From assembly GCF_009914755.1 (NCBI RefSeq), contig NC_060930.1: a stretch of DNA of 64,000 bases. One strand, written 5' to 3'. This document shows, in pieces, positions 31,675 to 46,423 of the stretch. This DNA is from the human T2T-CHM13v2.0 reference genome, Homo sapiens. Numbering within the stretch: the stretch's first letter is position 1; the number at the start of each line of letters is the position of its first letter. The position numbers and the translations under genes were made by a program. Under the pieces are notes generated by a model. The model worked only from the letters and a program-made list of their open reading frames with translations, did no database searches and was not told where the DNA came from.

Positions 31675-31717
31675 TATCACCAGGGTATCCTTGTTTCTGC
31701 CCAACAGAGACAAAATT
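31675..31717 (-). other. 43-nt locally templated insertion at the L1 inversion junction
   Basis: Exact reverse complement of non-L1 sequence at 34228-34270. Confidence 0.95.
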
Positions 31718-32417
31718 GCTAGCACAGCGTCCGAGATCAAACTGCAAGGCAGCAGGGAGGCTGGGGGAGGGGTGCCCGCCATTGTTGAGTTAGTTGTTTG
31801 TTTAGGTAAACAAAGTGGCCTAATCAAGGAGGCCTGCCTGCCTCTGTAGGCTCCACCTCTGGGGGCAGTTCACAGACAAACAAAAAGACAGCACTAACCT
31901 CTGCAGACTTAAATGTCCCTCTCTGACAGCTTTGAAGAGAGTGGTGGTTCTCCCAGCACGCAGCTTGAGATCTGAGAACGGGCAGACTGCCTCCTCAAGT
32001 GGGTCCCTGACCCCCGAGTAGCCTAACTGGGAGGCACCCCCGAGTAGGGGCAGACTGACACCTCACATGGCCAGGTACTCCTCTGAGACAAAACTTCCAG
32101 AGGAACGATCAGGCAGCAGCATCTGCGGTTCACCAATATCTGCTGTTCTGCAGCCACCACTGCAGATACCCAGGTAAACAGGGTCTGGAGTGGACCTCTA
32201 GCAAACTCCAACAGACCTGCAGCTGAGGATCCTGTCTGTTAGAAGGAAAACTAACAAACAGAAAGGACATCCACACCAAAAACCCATCTGTACGTCACCA
32301 TCATCAAAGACCAATGGTAGATAAAACCACAAAGATGGGAAAAAAACAGAGCAGAAAAACCGGAAACTCTAAAAATCAGAGTGCCTCTCCTCCTCCAAAG
32401 GAACGCAGCTCCTCACC
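31715..32417 (+). mobile_element. Inverted L1 segment: distal 5'UTR (antisense-promoter/ORF0-start region) and ORF1 codons 1-28
   Basis: attgctagcacagc...ccacaaagATGGGAAAAAAACAGAGC...TCCTCACCA; ORF1 ATG at 32335; ORF0 ATG on - strand at 31782-31780. Confidence 0.95.
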
Positions 32418-32451
32418 ATTTATGACTGATTTTTAAAATATCTTATATTGC

Positions 32452-32572
32452 CACTGTGCCTGTAATTTCAGCTACTTGGGAGACTGAGGAGAGGATCGCT
32501 TGAGGCCGGGAGTTTGAGACCATCCTGGGCAGCACAGTGAGACCACATCTCTTACAAAAAAAAAAAAAAAAG
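32452..32572 (+). mobile_element. FLAM-like Alu monomer
   Basis: gcctgtaatttcagctacttgggagactgagg...gagtttgagaccatcctgggc followed by an A tail; single monomer. Confidence 0.85.
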
Positions 32573-34288
32573 TCTTGTATCTTTAAGTGACAAATTACAT
32601 ACTTAAGTGACAAGTATCCTTAAAACAACTTATGTCTTTACCTTCTGAGTTTCCTTAGCAATATCTTTCTCTAACTTATCAGTAGGGTTTTATTCAGAAA
32701 AAAATGTTAAAATTATCAGTATAATCATTCTAAAGGTAATATTCATTTATGTCCTCTCACACCTGTGCCCATATGCACGTAATTACAGAGTGATTCATGA
32801 CCATGCAAGTGAATATTAGAAAATGTTGCTTTTAAAACAAGTATAAAAGTGTGTGTTCATACAATATAGGTATATGCTACATAAGTATAATAACTATATG
32901 CATTATAGAAGTGTGAAGAAAATTAGTGGAACGTTTATTTTATTGCTTTTTATTTTTGCTCTTTTTCTTGTTGTTTCTGTGGAACTTGACTGTTTAGGAA
33001 AATTCAATTTCCTCCTGGGAAAAAAAAATTCGGTGCTGGTTATTGCAGAGACACTGCAGATTGTCTTAATCGGCAAACTAGAACTTCACTTCTAACTGTG
33101 TAATTTTAACTTTCAATGGTTTGCTGACTTTGAAGGAGGAAACTATGCCTCATTTGCCATATATGTAAAAGTGTGACCACATCTTCACCCTCTAAAAAGA
33201 TCTTCTTGAAGATAAATTAAAATATAATCCACAAGAGATGTTGATGAGCAAGGTAAAGGTATTATTCAAATTATGTATTTGAAATTATATTATGTTTAAA
33301 TAAAGTAAATTAAAAATCAGTTCAATGTGACAATATAGAACATTTTGGCCAAGCCAAAAATATAATAATGGTTGTAGGCAAATCTAAGTTGTGGCTTGGC
33401 AAGCATGAAAAGACAAGTTCTAGGGATGAAATCAGAGTCCAAAATCTATGAAGGTTAATGCAGGATTGAACAAGTGGTCAGCCAGGGCAGTGTCAGTATA
33501 ACCTGTAGTTTATCCAGAGAAAAAATCTTTGTTAAGAAAAAAATTGGTAAAAAGATGGAGATTGCTTTCCTCTTTTTACCATCTCTATGTTTTAGAATCT
33601 TGACTAGAACAGTTAAAATACAGTGCTCCTACACCAGGTTTCTCTAAAGATTGTTTTACTCACAAATTTCAAAAGCTAACTGTATTTGTGAGAATGACTG
33701 ATGAATTCTGCAATTCATAAAGAAGTCTAGGTATAGACATCTTTAATGGTCAGGAATCCACTTGTGTCTTCCTCACTGAGGAACTAGCATGACACTAACC
33801 TAAAAGTAGAAAAGTCAAACCGAACAGTAGAGAAGTCATCTGGTTAAAGATTCTAACAAGCATTTAGCATTGCTCCTGTCCTATGAGCATTAATGCTTGG
33901 CCTTGTTTCAGGGCCATTATTGCTAAATAACAGTAGGTACTTAGTTTCTTGCTTAAGAGGCCTTTAAATTCTGAGTAAGGCCTTGGTTTTCCTTCTCTTA
34001 CAAGTGCTTGTGGCCCTATGACTCTGCAGGCTTCCCTGTCTCTGAGCTGAATTCCTTCATGTTGGTATTTGTGTTGTCCTGGAACATACTTCAGGAACAT
34101 ATTTCCTCCTTCAATCTACAATCTATTTACTCTGCACTATCAGCATTTCCTTTCACTGTCAAGAGATGTGGCATTTTCAATCCTATTTGTAAAAACCAGT
34201 TGTTTTAATATACGGAGTCTAAACTGTAATTTTGTCTCTGTTGGGCAGAAACAAGGATACCCTGGTGATACTTATTTTTTATCAACAG

Positions 34289-35690
<1,402 letters not shown>

Positions 35691-38600
35691 TTATGTATCC
35701 CTTAAAATTTGGAAATGATACAAAGCTATAGCCAGAGCAATCATGTAAATCCAAATATAATCCTTTATAGGGAGAGCCATGTGATGTTAAGCTCTTCTTA
35801 ATATTTTGAATATATATATATATAAAATACACACTTTACATATATGCATATATACATAATTCATACTAGTCTCTAAATGCAGAAAAATAAAATATAAGAA
35901 TTATTAAAGCTATGGAATCAATTTGAAATGCAAGCCAATTCATTTTGCTCTTCTGCGATCTGAGATGAAACTGGGGGAAGAAATTTATGCTGTGGTAATA
36001 ACTGTAACATATTGAGCTTATATTATATACCACTTTATATGCCTACCTAGTTAATATTCACAACAACCCTTTGCAGTATTATTGTTATTCCCACTTTACA
36101 TATAAAGGAATTAAGTAATTTACCCAAGATATGACAATTACCACCTTTACAATCTGGTACTCTATTTTAGTTGCTTTATTCCCTTTGTAGTTTCAAAGGA
36201 AATTAGAGTTACAGTATAATAGACAGAATCAGGGTTTTGAAATTAATCTTTTCTGAGAGATTGGTATGCAGAAAGGATTTTGGAAGTATTTGACTTATGT
36301 CACTTATATCCAGTCTGATCTTGTCCTGTATATGACTATTTACTGTGGTCAGTTTAAAAGTTTCAGTACCAGGCAAAGGTGGAGTCCTAAGATGGCAAAA
36401 CACTCTATTTCCTCCTGCAATCTGCATAGATAAATCAGAGTATTTTTGATGAATTTACTGGAGAAGTTCTATATAAATTTTTATAAATACTATTATTTTT
36501 AACCATAATTGTTTTTGCCAATTTTGAGATGATCTAAAATACACACTAATGCCATATATACACAGGAGAGCCCAAGTAATGAGGCTTTTAATTAAAACTT
36601 ACATTAAAGTGAAAGTGAGCACATACATAGCATTTAGGAATCCATGTCCCCAGCAGTCCATGTGGTCAGTGATATTAGCTATGTGCTGGCATTTCATGTA
36701 TATGTCACTGGAAACTTATCACTTTAATAATCACAAATCTTCAGTCTTGTAATTAGTGTCTGGCATTTCTAAAAAAAAAGAAGAAAAAATAGAAAATTAA
36801 AGTTATCTTTGATAAACTATAGGTAAATGAAATTATTCTAAAGAAAAACTGTATCTTGAAATAAAAGAAAATATGTATTATAGAAAAGCACAGAAATCTC
36901 AGACAAAAGTGATCTTTTCCTTTTAAATAAAGATTGATTACACATTCAGGAAGCTAAAGGTTACTATGAAAAACACAGGAACAATTGCAGATTTCTCCTT
37001 AACATAATCAGATGCAAGTGTACAGTGATAAAAATGCAAATCTTAAGGTGCTCTTAGCTGCTAGAGGTCAAATCAATGTTTTTCCTCAAATCAAAACATC
37101 AGAATTTTCCCTCAGTCAAGTTTTAATTTTTAAAAGTTGAATATTTATGGGGACTCTAAAAGCAGAAATTGTCAGAAGTCTTTGAAAAAAGGTTAAGCTA
37201 AGTAAGAAGTAAACACCGAATGTTCATGAATGGGATTGAAGGTCACCTTGAATTTAAAATGCAAAGCATCCTGAGGAGAAAGTTTGTACTTTTGTCAGAT
37301 TTTGAACAAAGGCCACAATTTCTTAATAATTATTTCCCTAGAACAGCATTTGTTTCATTTTAAAAAGTTTTTTAAAATCTGTCTATGAGCTTGACTGGCT
37401 TGCAGACTTCATACTTACTGTGTCTTAATGATTTTATATATAAATTCATGGAATCTTAGACTCGTAAAATTTCAGGTTCCAGCTTTGTGAATCTTTTCTG
37501 TTTTGCTGCAAAATAAATGATAACCCTGTGCTTAAGAATCATTGATGTGAAAGAACAAAAAAAGCTTTAGAACCAAGTATATTTTAGTTCAAATATTTCT
37601 CTGCAACTTGGTTTTTGAATTTCATCCTTTGCCTGTAACAAAGAAATTAGTACATCACAGAAATGTATTGAATTATATGAAAATAATATATATCTATAAA
37701 CCACCTGGCATCTAGATCGAGCTCTATATTGATCCAAAGTATTCCATTCTGTGTTTTACCACTTTATCAACATATTTTTTTATATACTGTACTGACTGGA
37801 ATCTGCCTAAATGTCATTTTTTCTCCAGTGGTTCTATTTTGAAGCCTTGTATTAATATATTATATGTCTAAACCCTCTTCTACCTAACAATTTCTCCATT
37901 CTTTCTGAATATTCTGGGGTTACAAGTATCCTCATTATCTTTGTCATTCTTTTGAGATATTCACATTTTATGCCAGAGTCTCTATAGTCATTCTGCCACC
38001 AGTCTTTCGAAGTGATTTCTGACAATTTACTATTTTGTCTCAAAACTTCAGTTAAAGCACTTTCTGAATACAGATCTTCTAGGAATATGTTTGCCCATCT
38101 TTGAGGTTCACTGCCTAGGTCTCTGTTATCTTGGTGACAGTGCTAAAATTATGACCCAAGTTCCGAAATCTGTGCAATGCAATGTTTGCTTCTAAAACTT
38201 CTGGTGCAATCAGTCCGGGAACTGTAACAACTTAGGCACAATTCTTTCTGGAAATGAAATAAAATAGAATGAGTTTGGCAGACCACAGGTTGAAACTTCT
38301 TAGGCGCCTATTGATAGGTAGCCTTTGTGGAGGAAAATGTCAGTATAGGAGAAAAAGACTAAAAGACTCAGGTATACTTGTCTCTGTGTTGTATATCCTA
38401 CTTTGCAAAATGAAAGGAAGAGAATCTCAGAGGTCCTGGTAAAGCTATTTGAAAATGCTTCCAGAGACATGAAGTGTATTTGTTTTCCTAATTTCCTAAG
38501 GATTAGTGGTGGTGGGAGAGGGCATTCTATGGTTAAAATGTCTACATTTCCTTATCACAAGGCATAGCTAGCAGCAAAAGTAAGCCATGACACGGAACTG

Positions 38601-39264
38601 AAGGAGCCATGATGAAAATTCCTTCTGTTTTTCATCCCTGTATTCATTCATTCTGCACCCATGCTTTAAGTACCTTGCGTGGGTCAATCACGCTGATAGT
38701 AGCTTCTGGTTCAGAGAAGAGGAGAACACGACTCCTGCCCCCTAGCAGTTCACTGCCCAGTGAGAGGAGACAAACAAATGATCTGTGGACAACAAACCAC
38801 ATGCAGAAATATTTAATTCTGTCTAGGACAGTAAGAGAAAGCTTTTTTGGAATTTGTTTTATTTGAGTCTCAGCAGGTAAAGAATGGAGACAGGATAAGG
38901 CATTTGAAGCCAAAAAAAAAAAAAGGTTGTACTTGAAGAAGGTAGAGAGAGAGATGCTGGCACACCTTGAAACCTGTCCGCCATCCAGCCCAGGTGGAGG
39001 GCAGGGCACTTAATCCTAGTAGCAGCATCTTTGGAAAGTAGGGAAGTCCAGAGTCATTTTTCCATCTTACAGAAGAGAGAGTGGAGGTTCAGAGTACTTA
39101 AGGGTTAGGCCTGGAAGCTCCTATTTAAGGAGCTAAATCACTGACCTTGAACTGAAGGCTTCCAGCTTCTGGTCTAGGGATTTAACCACCTCACCAAATG
39201 CTTCTTTTTTCTTTGGCTATGTAGAGACAAAAAGAGACAAGACGTCATCCCCTTCATTAAGTCC

Positions 39265-39313
39265 TCTCCTCAGATTTTTATTTTTCTTTTTTCTCCTCAG
39301 ATTTTTATTTTTC
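39265..39313. repeat. 27-bp tandem duplication
   Basis: tctcctcagatttttatttttc occurs twice. Confidence 0.85.
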
Positions 39314-39946
39314 AAAAGTCATGTGTGGTTTTACCTTTGTTGGACAGTAGATCTTAAGTAGGGAAACTAAAACCATATAATAATTCTTTTGCTTTATTAG
39401 TAAATCATGTTAAAGTATTTCAGTTTGACTCATTCTAACTAGTTACCAATGAATATAGCTGTGGGCATTTTCTATTCTTGTCATGCTTTCATTCCTCCAA
39501 CTTATACTTTTTTATTGTGACACTCCTATTGTTCAAATTTCTAATTTGAAGGAATTCATTACCAGATGAGTTTTAAAATGAAAGAATATCTTCCTGCTAT
39601 CCTCTCCTCAGCAATAAAATTATTTTTCAAATCAGAGGATAAAGGACTTAAGTAAAATTTAAAATAAACTTATGAAAACGGTTGGTTTATTGAAAAGCAA
39701 CTAGCCTATATGTAACATAGTTTATAGAAGTGTATTTTAATTCAGTTTGGCAAATATTCATGTATTCATAAGCCTTCTATGTGCCAAGTCTGTTCTGTAT
39801 CTTCATTTAAAGTATTAAGAGATGAATAAACACTGTGCCCTTCTTTAAGGAGTTATCAGGTTAGTAGGGGAGTCAAATATGTGAGCTAATGCAATGGAAT
39901 ACTAAATACAGAATGCAACAGTAGAAGCACATTTAAAACGTAAAGC

Positions 39947-40193
39947 TGTTTGGTTTTCTGTTCTTGTGATAGTTGGGGGTTGAACTATGAGAACACATGG
40001 ACACAGGGAGGGGAACATCACACAGTGGGGCCTGTCGGGGGGTGGGGGGCTAGACGAGGGATAGCATTAGGAGAAATACCTAATGTAGGTGACAGGTTGA
40101 TGGGTGCAGCAAACCACCATGGCACATGTATACCTATGTAACAAAACTGCACGTTCTGCACGTGTACCCCAGAACTTAAAGTATAGTAAGAAC
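39947..40193 (+). mobile_element. Very short 5'-inverted L1PA7/8-like insertion
   Basis: 28-nt inverted piece 39947-39974 (tgtttggttttctgttcttgtgatagtt), then sense 3'UTR; degenerate TSD aaaacgtaaagctg (39935-39948) / aaaacatagagatg (40194-40207). Confidence 0.88.
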
Positions 40194-40919
40194 AAAACAT
40201 AGAGATGACACTGAAGAGACAGTGACTCAGTCTGGAGAGTAAAGAAATGTTTTCTGAAGAAGGAAATGTCAAAGCTGTGACTGCAAAGGAGTTTTCCAGA
40301 AGAAGCAAGTTAGTGGGTTCAGGCTACTCACAGTAAAAATACATTGAGGGGGACATGCCGTGGATCTCCCAGAAAAGCTGAAGTCCTTCAACCATATTAT
40401 AGAAGCTTCACGAGTGAAAGGACAATGGGCAGAGGTAAGGTTGAGGACCCTGGCAAGGTTATGGGTGAAAAGACAGCAAACTGATTGCTTAGATTTCACC
40501 CTCTGGGCTACAGAAGACAGTGAAAGGTTTAAAGGAGGAGAGATATTTGAACAGACTTATATAATAGAAAACATAAATACCTTTTCGTTTAAAGAATAGA
40601 TTGGTGAATAGAGGGAGGGGAGGGAGTACACATTTAGATAAGGAAGACAAGATAGGAAATAAGTACAAAAAAAAGATAATAAAATATTAAAATACAGATC
40701 TGCATACACTCACAAGCATAAACAACATTACACTGTAACAGTGCCATAAGGAAGGGAAGAAAAAGTTATTTAGGAGGGAGAAACACTAAAAGTTATTGGC
40801 TCATTGGATTCGAGTAGTGAGAAACACAGAATCTTATATTTCTTCCCAGTTTCATAAAAAGTGGTACCACCTACCATAGCAGGGAATAAAGAAGACAGAA
40901 GTTTGGGGAGAAAGAGTTA

Positions 40920-42210
40920 TTCATTCATTCATCAAAAATGTTATTATTTACTATATTCCAATTTTTTTAAGTACTGTGTATACAAAACATAAAACAAGTT
41001 CTCTGTTCTTAGATACAAAAATGTTATTATTTACTATATTCCAATTTTTTTAAGTACTGTATCTACAAAACATAAAAAAAAGTTACCTGTCCTTAGGTAG
41101 TGTACATTCTATAAAGGAAATCAGATCAGATATAACAAGAACATATAATCTTAGGTGGTGTGAGGTGCTATGGAGAAAACTAAAGCACATGAGGAAATAG
41201 ATAAAGGCCATGGTTAAAAAAGATCCCTGTGAGAAGGTGATACTTAATTGAAGAAATAAATGATGCAGATGTTCATATGATGATCCGGAAGAAAAATGTT
41301 CTAAACAGAGAGAAAAATAACTATGCACACCATGAAATAGGAATAATCTTAGCATGCAGTAGAAAGGGCCAAAGTGTGAAAATAGGGTAGAGGAGTGATA
41401 GGAAATGAGTTTCAGAGAGGTAGGAAGTGACCTTGAAATTCCTGTTTTATGCCATTTGAGATGGAAACCCTGATAAGTTTCCTGACTATCAGAGTGACAA
41501 AGTCTGATTTATGTTTTTAAAAGATCATGCTGTCTGTTGAGTTTATAGAACCATGTGTAGTAGGTAAGAGTGTACCCAGAGAGACTTGAAAAACCACTGC
41601 AGCGGTTTATGAGGGATATCATGGTGTCTTGGACTAGGAAGATAGTGAGGAATTGAAGAGTGGTTAAATTCAGTATATATCTCACTATACAGATGTATAG
41701 ATTGATTAGTTTCAGTGTACAGAAAAAGAAGAGGCAAGGAGGATTAATAAATTTTGGGCCTGAGCAATTGAAGTATGGGAAGAGCAAAGTTCTGGAGGAA
41801 TATGGGGAAGAACAAATCAAAAAATTGTTTTTGGATATCTTATGCTTGTGATACATTTTGGACATTCACATAAAGATGTCTGTCAGATGTGTGTTTGACT
41901 GTCTTCCTCTGGAGTTATGAGAGAGTTCAGGCTGGAGCTATGAACCTGGGAATCATCAGCATATATTTAGATGAGATCTCCTAGACTAGAGGAAGACATA
42001 AGATGGAGAAGGAGCAGAGAGGTGTTGAGACTGAAGGTATACTACAAAAATATTCAGGACAAGGAGGGCACTAGCAAAGGAGAAGGGGAATAAACTGGAA
42101 GAGATTGCAGGGGAAATCCTATCTGTGAATTTCAGTGACATAAATGGTAATAGAAAGAGGGTCAACTATGTTAGTTGCTGCCTAAGGTCGTGTAGGCTAA
42201 GTATTGAGAT
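40920..42210 (-). mobile_element. L2 fragment
   Basis: Starts ttcattcattcatcaaaaatgtt; purine-rich L2 body (gagtgacaaagtctgatttatgtttttaaaagatcatgctg; aattttgggcctgagcaattg). Confidence 0.75.
40933..41099. repeat. 83-bp tandem duplication within L2
   Basis: caaaaatgttattatttactatattccaatttttttaagtactgt at 40933 and 41016. Confidence 0.95.
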
Positions 42211-42910
42211 TTTTCTGGGTTTTAAAAATTAACAGCATTCTGCCTCTGAATGAACTAGTTCACAAATTAGGAGTTAAGATGCATACCGATGAAATTGTTA
42301 TACAAAAATAAAAGCATTAATATTATGACTTAAGACAGGTACAAACAGCTGCTGTGGGAGCACAGAGAAGGAGAGAAGTCTATCTAAATGGGAGGAGGAA
42401 GGTAACAAAGAAAGCAGGTAGCCAACTTCAGAGCCAGGGTGCCCTTGAACAAGTAGCTTTGCTTGTACCTTATAAACTGTTTAATATAAAAACTTTATTC
42501 TAAGACATAAAAGAAAGAGATTGCATGATCATGAGATGATGTCCAAATTTAATTTCTCCAGCTCCATTGGCCTATGTTTGTAGGCTTAATTAATATGTAC
42601 AGCATTTATTTCACTGTTCAACCTGCTTGATGCTCATATATATAATGGAAAAACTTAGTCCTCCTCCTCTGTCCTGTGTTGTTTCTAGAAGTTTCAACAA
42701 CAAAGTTTCCTTGAATCTTCTGTTCTTAATAGAAATGTTTCTCTTTCCTACTTAGTGTCATCCTTTACTCTTAGAGGCTGTAAGTATCTCTTTCATTCAG
42801 TTTGGGATTACAGCCTCTTTTTCAACAGACTTGAAACCCAGAAAAAAGAGAGTCTCTATCCTGTCCTTTCCATTTTTTAGTTCCCCAACACTTCTTAAAT
42901 CCCATATCCA

Positions 42911-43318
<408 letters not shown>

Positions 43319-43687
43319 CTACTCGTCTCCAGTATGTTCCACTAGCTTGACAAGTATGTACAGACATGGCTGAACTGCAGAAATGGACAAAGCCTAGATT
43401 AAACTGACCTCTTTCCCACATAGACTGTGGGACTTATGAGACTTAGAGGAGATTGAAAGCACATAATATTGAAGCTGACCCCAAAAAATTGTATCATAGA
43501 ACCTTCTGCAACAAAAAAGAAATATTCTAACTCTCTTATTCTTCATTTGAGGAAACTGAAATAATATAATTTCAATGGATACACCCAAGGGCACAGAGCT
43601 CAATTTTGTAGAACTCAGACATAACCCAAGACTCTCAAATCCCAGGCTATTTCCTTTTCCAATAGAGTAAAATAAATGCACATATGC

Positions 43688-43720
<33 letters not shown>

Positions 43721-43727
43721 TGTGTGT
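43688..43727. repeat. (TG)n microsatellite
   Basis: Direct inspection. Confidence 0.95.
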
Positions 43728-44329
43728 ACCACAGTAACTGAATTTTGAATACAGTCTAATTCTTTCCATTGAGTAGGTGGATTAATTTTATTATACTCTT
43801 GGAAACAAGAGCAGGATTTGAGATGGGAAGCAAACACTATAACATGTTGGCAATATAAAATGTTATATTATAGATATAGAAAGAAAAGTACAATACTAGG
43901 CTAATTTATCTTTGTGTTTCCAGTGTAAAGTTTATTCACTGGTGTGATGTAGAAGCATTAGTTTTGACTACACCTGCTTAGAGAATAGGGAACTCAATAA
44001 ATATTGGTACAGAGTATAAACTCAATATTTAATTTCTGAATATTCATGAATCTTGTGAAGAATAGCATGGTATAACAAACTTCAAAGTGTATGTGTTTAC
44101 TGAAACAATTGGTCAGTTGAAATGCAAAACCAATTAAGCTAATCACTTGCTTAATGAATCCATTTAAACAGTTGAACTCATGGTCATGTGTAGATAAATT
44201 GTGTTAAGTTTTTAGAACTTCTTTATCTACACAATGCCATGGATTCATCATGGGAACCCAAGGAATTAGATTTTCCAGGTAAGTGGTTAGATAAATACAG
44301 TCTTCACCAATCCAATCTTGGTTTTGTAT

Positions 44330-46080
44330 TTTTGCCAGTTGTTTTTGTAAACATTCCAATTAATTCAATTCCTTTATTAAAGTTATTAACAACATTCTAT
44401 TTACAGAATGGATTTCAAACCTCTTCATATGGCATTTAAGGTCCTTGTCATCTACCTCGACTTATCTTTCCAATGTTGTCACTGGCCCCTGTCCCTCATT
44501 ATCTTTTCTAGCTATATGCTTTGTGTTTCTTGTTTTTAATATTATACTATATACCATATATTGAATAACTACCTCAAATTTCTATTGTCTGTATATATGA
44601 CACATTTTCTCATCCCTGGACCTTTCTTTAAGTTTATTTATCTTACTGGATTGCCCTTCTAATCCTTCTCTACTGGTTTGATGACTTCTTCAAAGACCCA
44701 GATCAAATGTCAACTAATGTAACAATCCAAGAGCTGGGCATGGGCTTCACAATTCATAATTTCTGTATTTACAGGACCCTCCAGGCTATCCACCTGTTCC
44801 TTTTCCTCTCCAGAGTTCCATATTTTTTGCATTCTCCAAAGGAGACAATTCAAATCTCACCATTTTTTTCAACCCTCCAATCCTACCACTGTTACCTATA
44901 ATTCAACAGGCTCACTGAAACCAGCCTGTTAACTGTATAATCTACTCAGTGGAATTGCTCAACCTCCAAATATATCCACGTCTTCACTCCAGCTTTCCTC
45001 TCCCACAAAGAAGTATCACCTTACAAATCTTCTACCCATGTTCTTTTCACATTCCCTTCCCAATCTAGACTTTTGCCATATGTTTCTCATACCTTTGACT
45101 CTTCTTTTTCACTATCCTCTTCTTGTCAGCCTACAATATACTTGGTTTTATAATTTCCATTTTACATAACATTTTCCAATATTCCTGCCTTTTCCTCAAA
45201 CCAATGCCATGTTGCTCATTGCTTGCTTTTTATTATCTAAACAAATCTGTGGGTTCGTCAGTTGATGCACATGCCCTTGCTTCATTTCTATTTACCTTCA
45301 GTTCAATACATTTAAGTGTTAACTTCCACTGCACTACGGAAATGGTTCTGAAGTCCAAATCGATTATTTTTCTTTGTCTGAATCAATGGTATTTTTATCT
45401 TCATTCTCATTATCTTCACTTTTATCCAACATTCAATACCATTGAACATTTGCTCTTTCATGAAATATTGCTCACACTTGATTTTAAGGATATGGATCAT
45501 CCAGTACCTTCTCCACTTTTTTGACTGATTGCCTGTTTCCTAGGAGCTCAAGGTCTAATTGGAGAATAGATCCAATCATTTCACTCTCTTTGTGAAGTAT
45601 TCTCAGTAGCTTCCCATTGCCTGTGATAAACTCCATGGCCCTTCACAGTCTTAATAGAATCCAACTTTTGCATAACTTTTGTAGTAACTACACCAGAAGG
45701 CCTTCAAAATGTCATGCACATTTATACCTTCGGGCCTTGGATTATGCTGTTGCCCTCTGTCTGTAATGCTTTTTTACACTTTTCATCTTGAGAAAGTCAT
45801 GCTTATCCTGCAAATTATCTCCCAAATGTCAATCTGCTGTGTCATTTGCTTTCCCTAATTGTGACATGGAGAATTAGTAACTGCTTCTTGTGTTGCCTTT
45901 GCACCTTGTATGTGTCCTATAAGTTTTCAGTAGTACATGCAATGCATTAGAAGTATTTTTTTTAAAAATTCTCTATTTCTTATTACACTACTTGTTCAGT
46001 TATGTTAGTCTATATTAATTAATCTTTACATTCACAGTTCTCAGCATATTATAAGTAATCACTAATTATTAATTCATTTG
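44330..46080 (+). mobile_element. Fragmented L2 sequence
   Basis: Pyrimidine-rich L2-like blocks (atggcatttaaggtcctt; tcttcaaagacccagatcaaatgtca; cagtagcttcccattgcc; gggccttggattatgctgttgccctctgtctgtaatgc); boundaries approximate. Confidence 0.5.
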
Positions 46081-46423
46081 ATAAGATTCTGTCCTCCATG
46101 AAAGTTCTTTGGTGAGAGAAATTCTGTAATATTTCTCTATCATGTGAACCTGCAAAATAATGAAAGAAATTGAATAAATAATTATTTTTGCAATTTAAAT
46201 GTTGAATTTGCACTTATGAGGAGAAAAATGTAGACTTTTCTTCTTGTGATTACTAAAACAAAATTAAATATTTAAATCAATATTTAAAATATTACAGTTC
46301 TTCAACATTTATTTTATATATCAGATCATTCAAATTCAATTAATGCTTGTTAGAGCTCCATTTTTTCATATTTCATGGTATCTCTGACTTTTCTTTGGTT
46401 TCCCACAGTATTTTTTTAATTGT

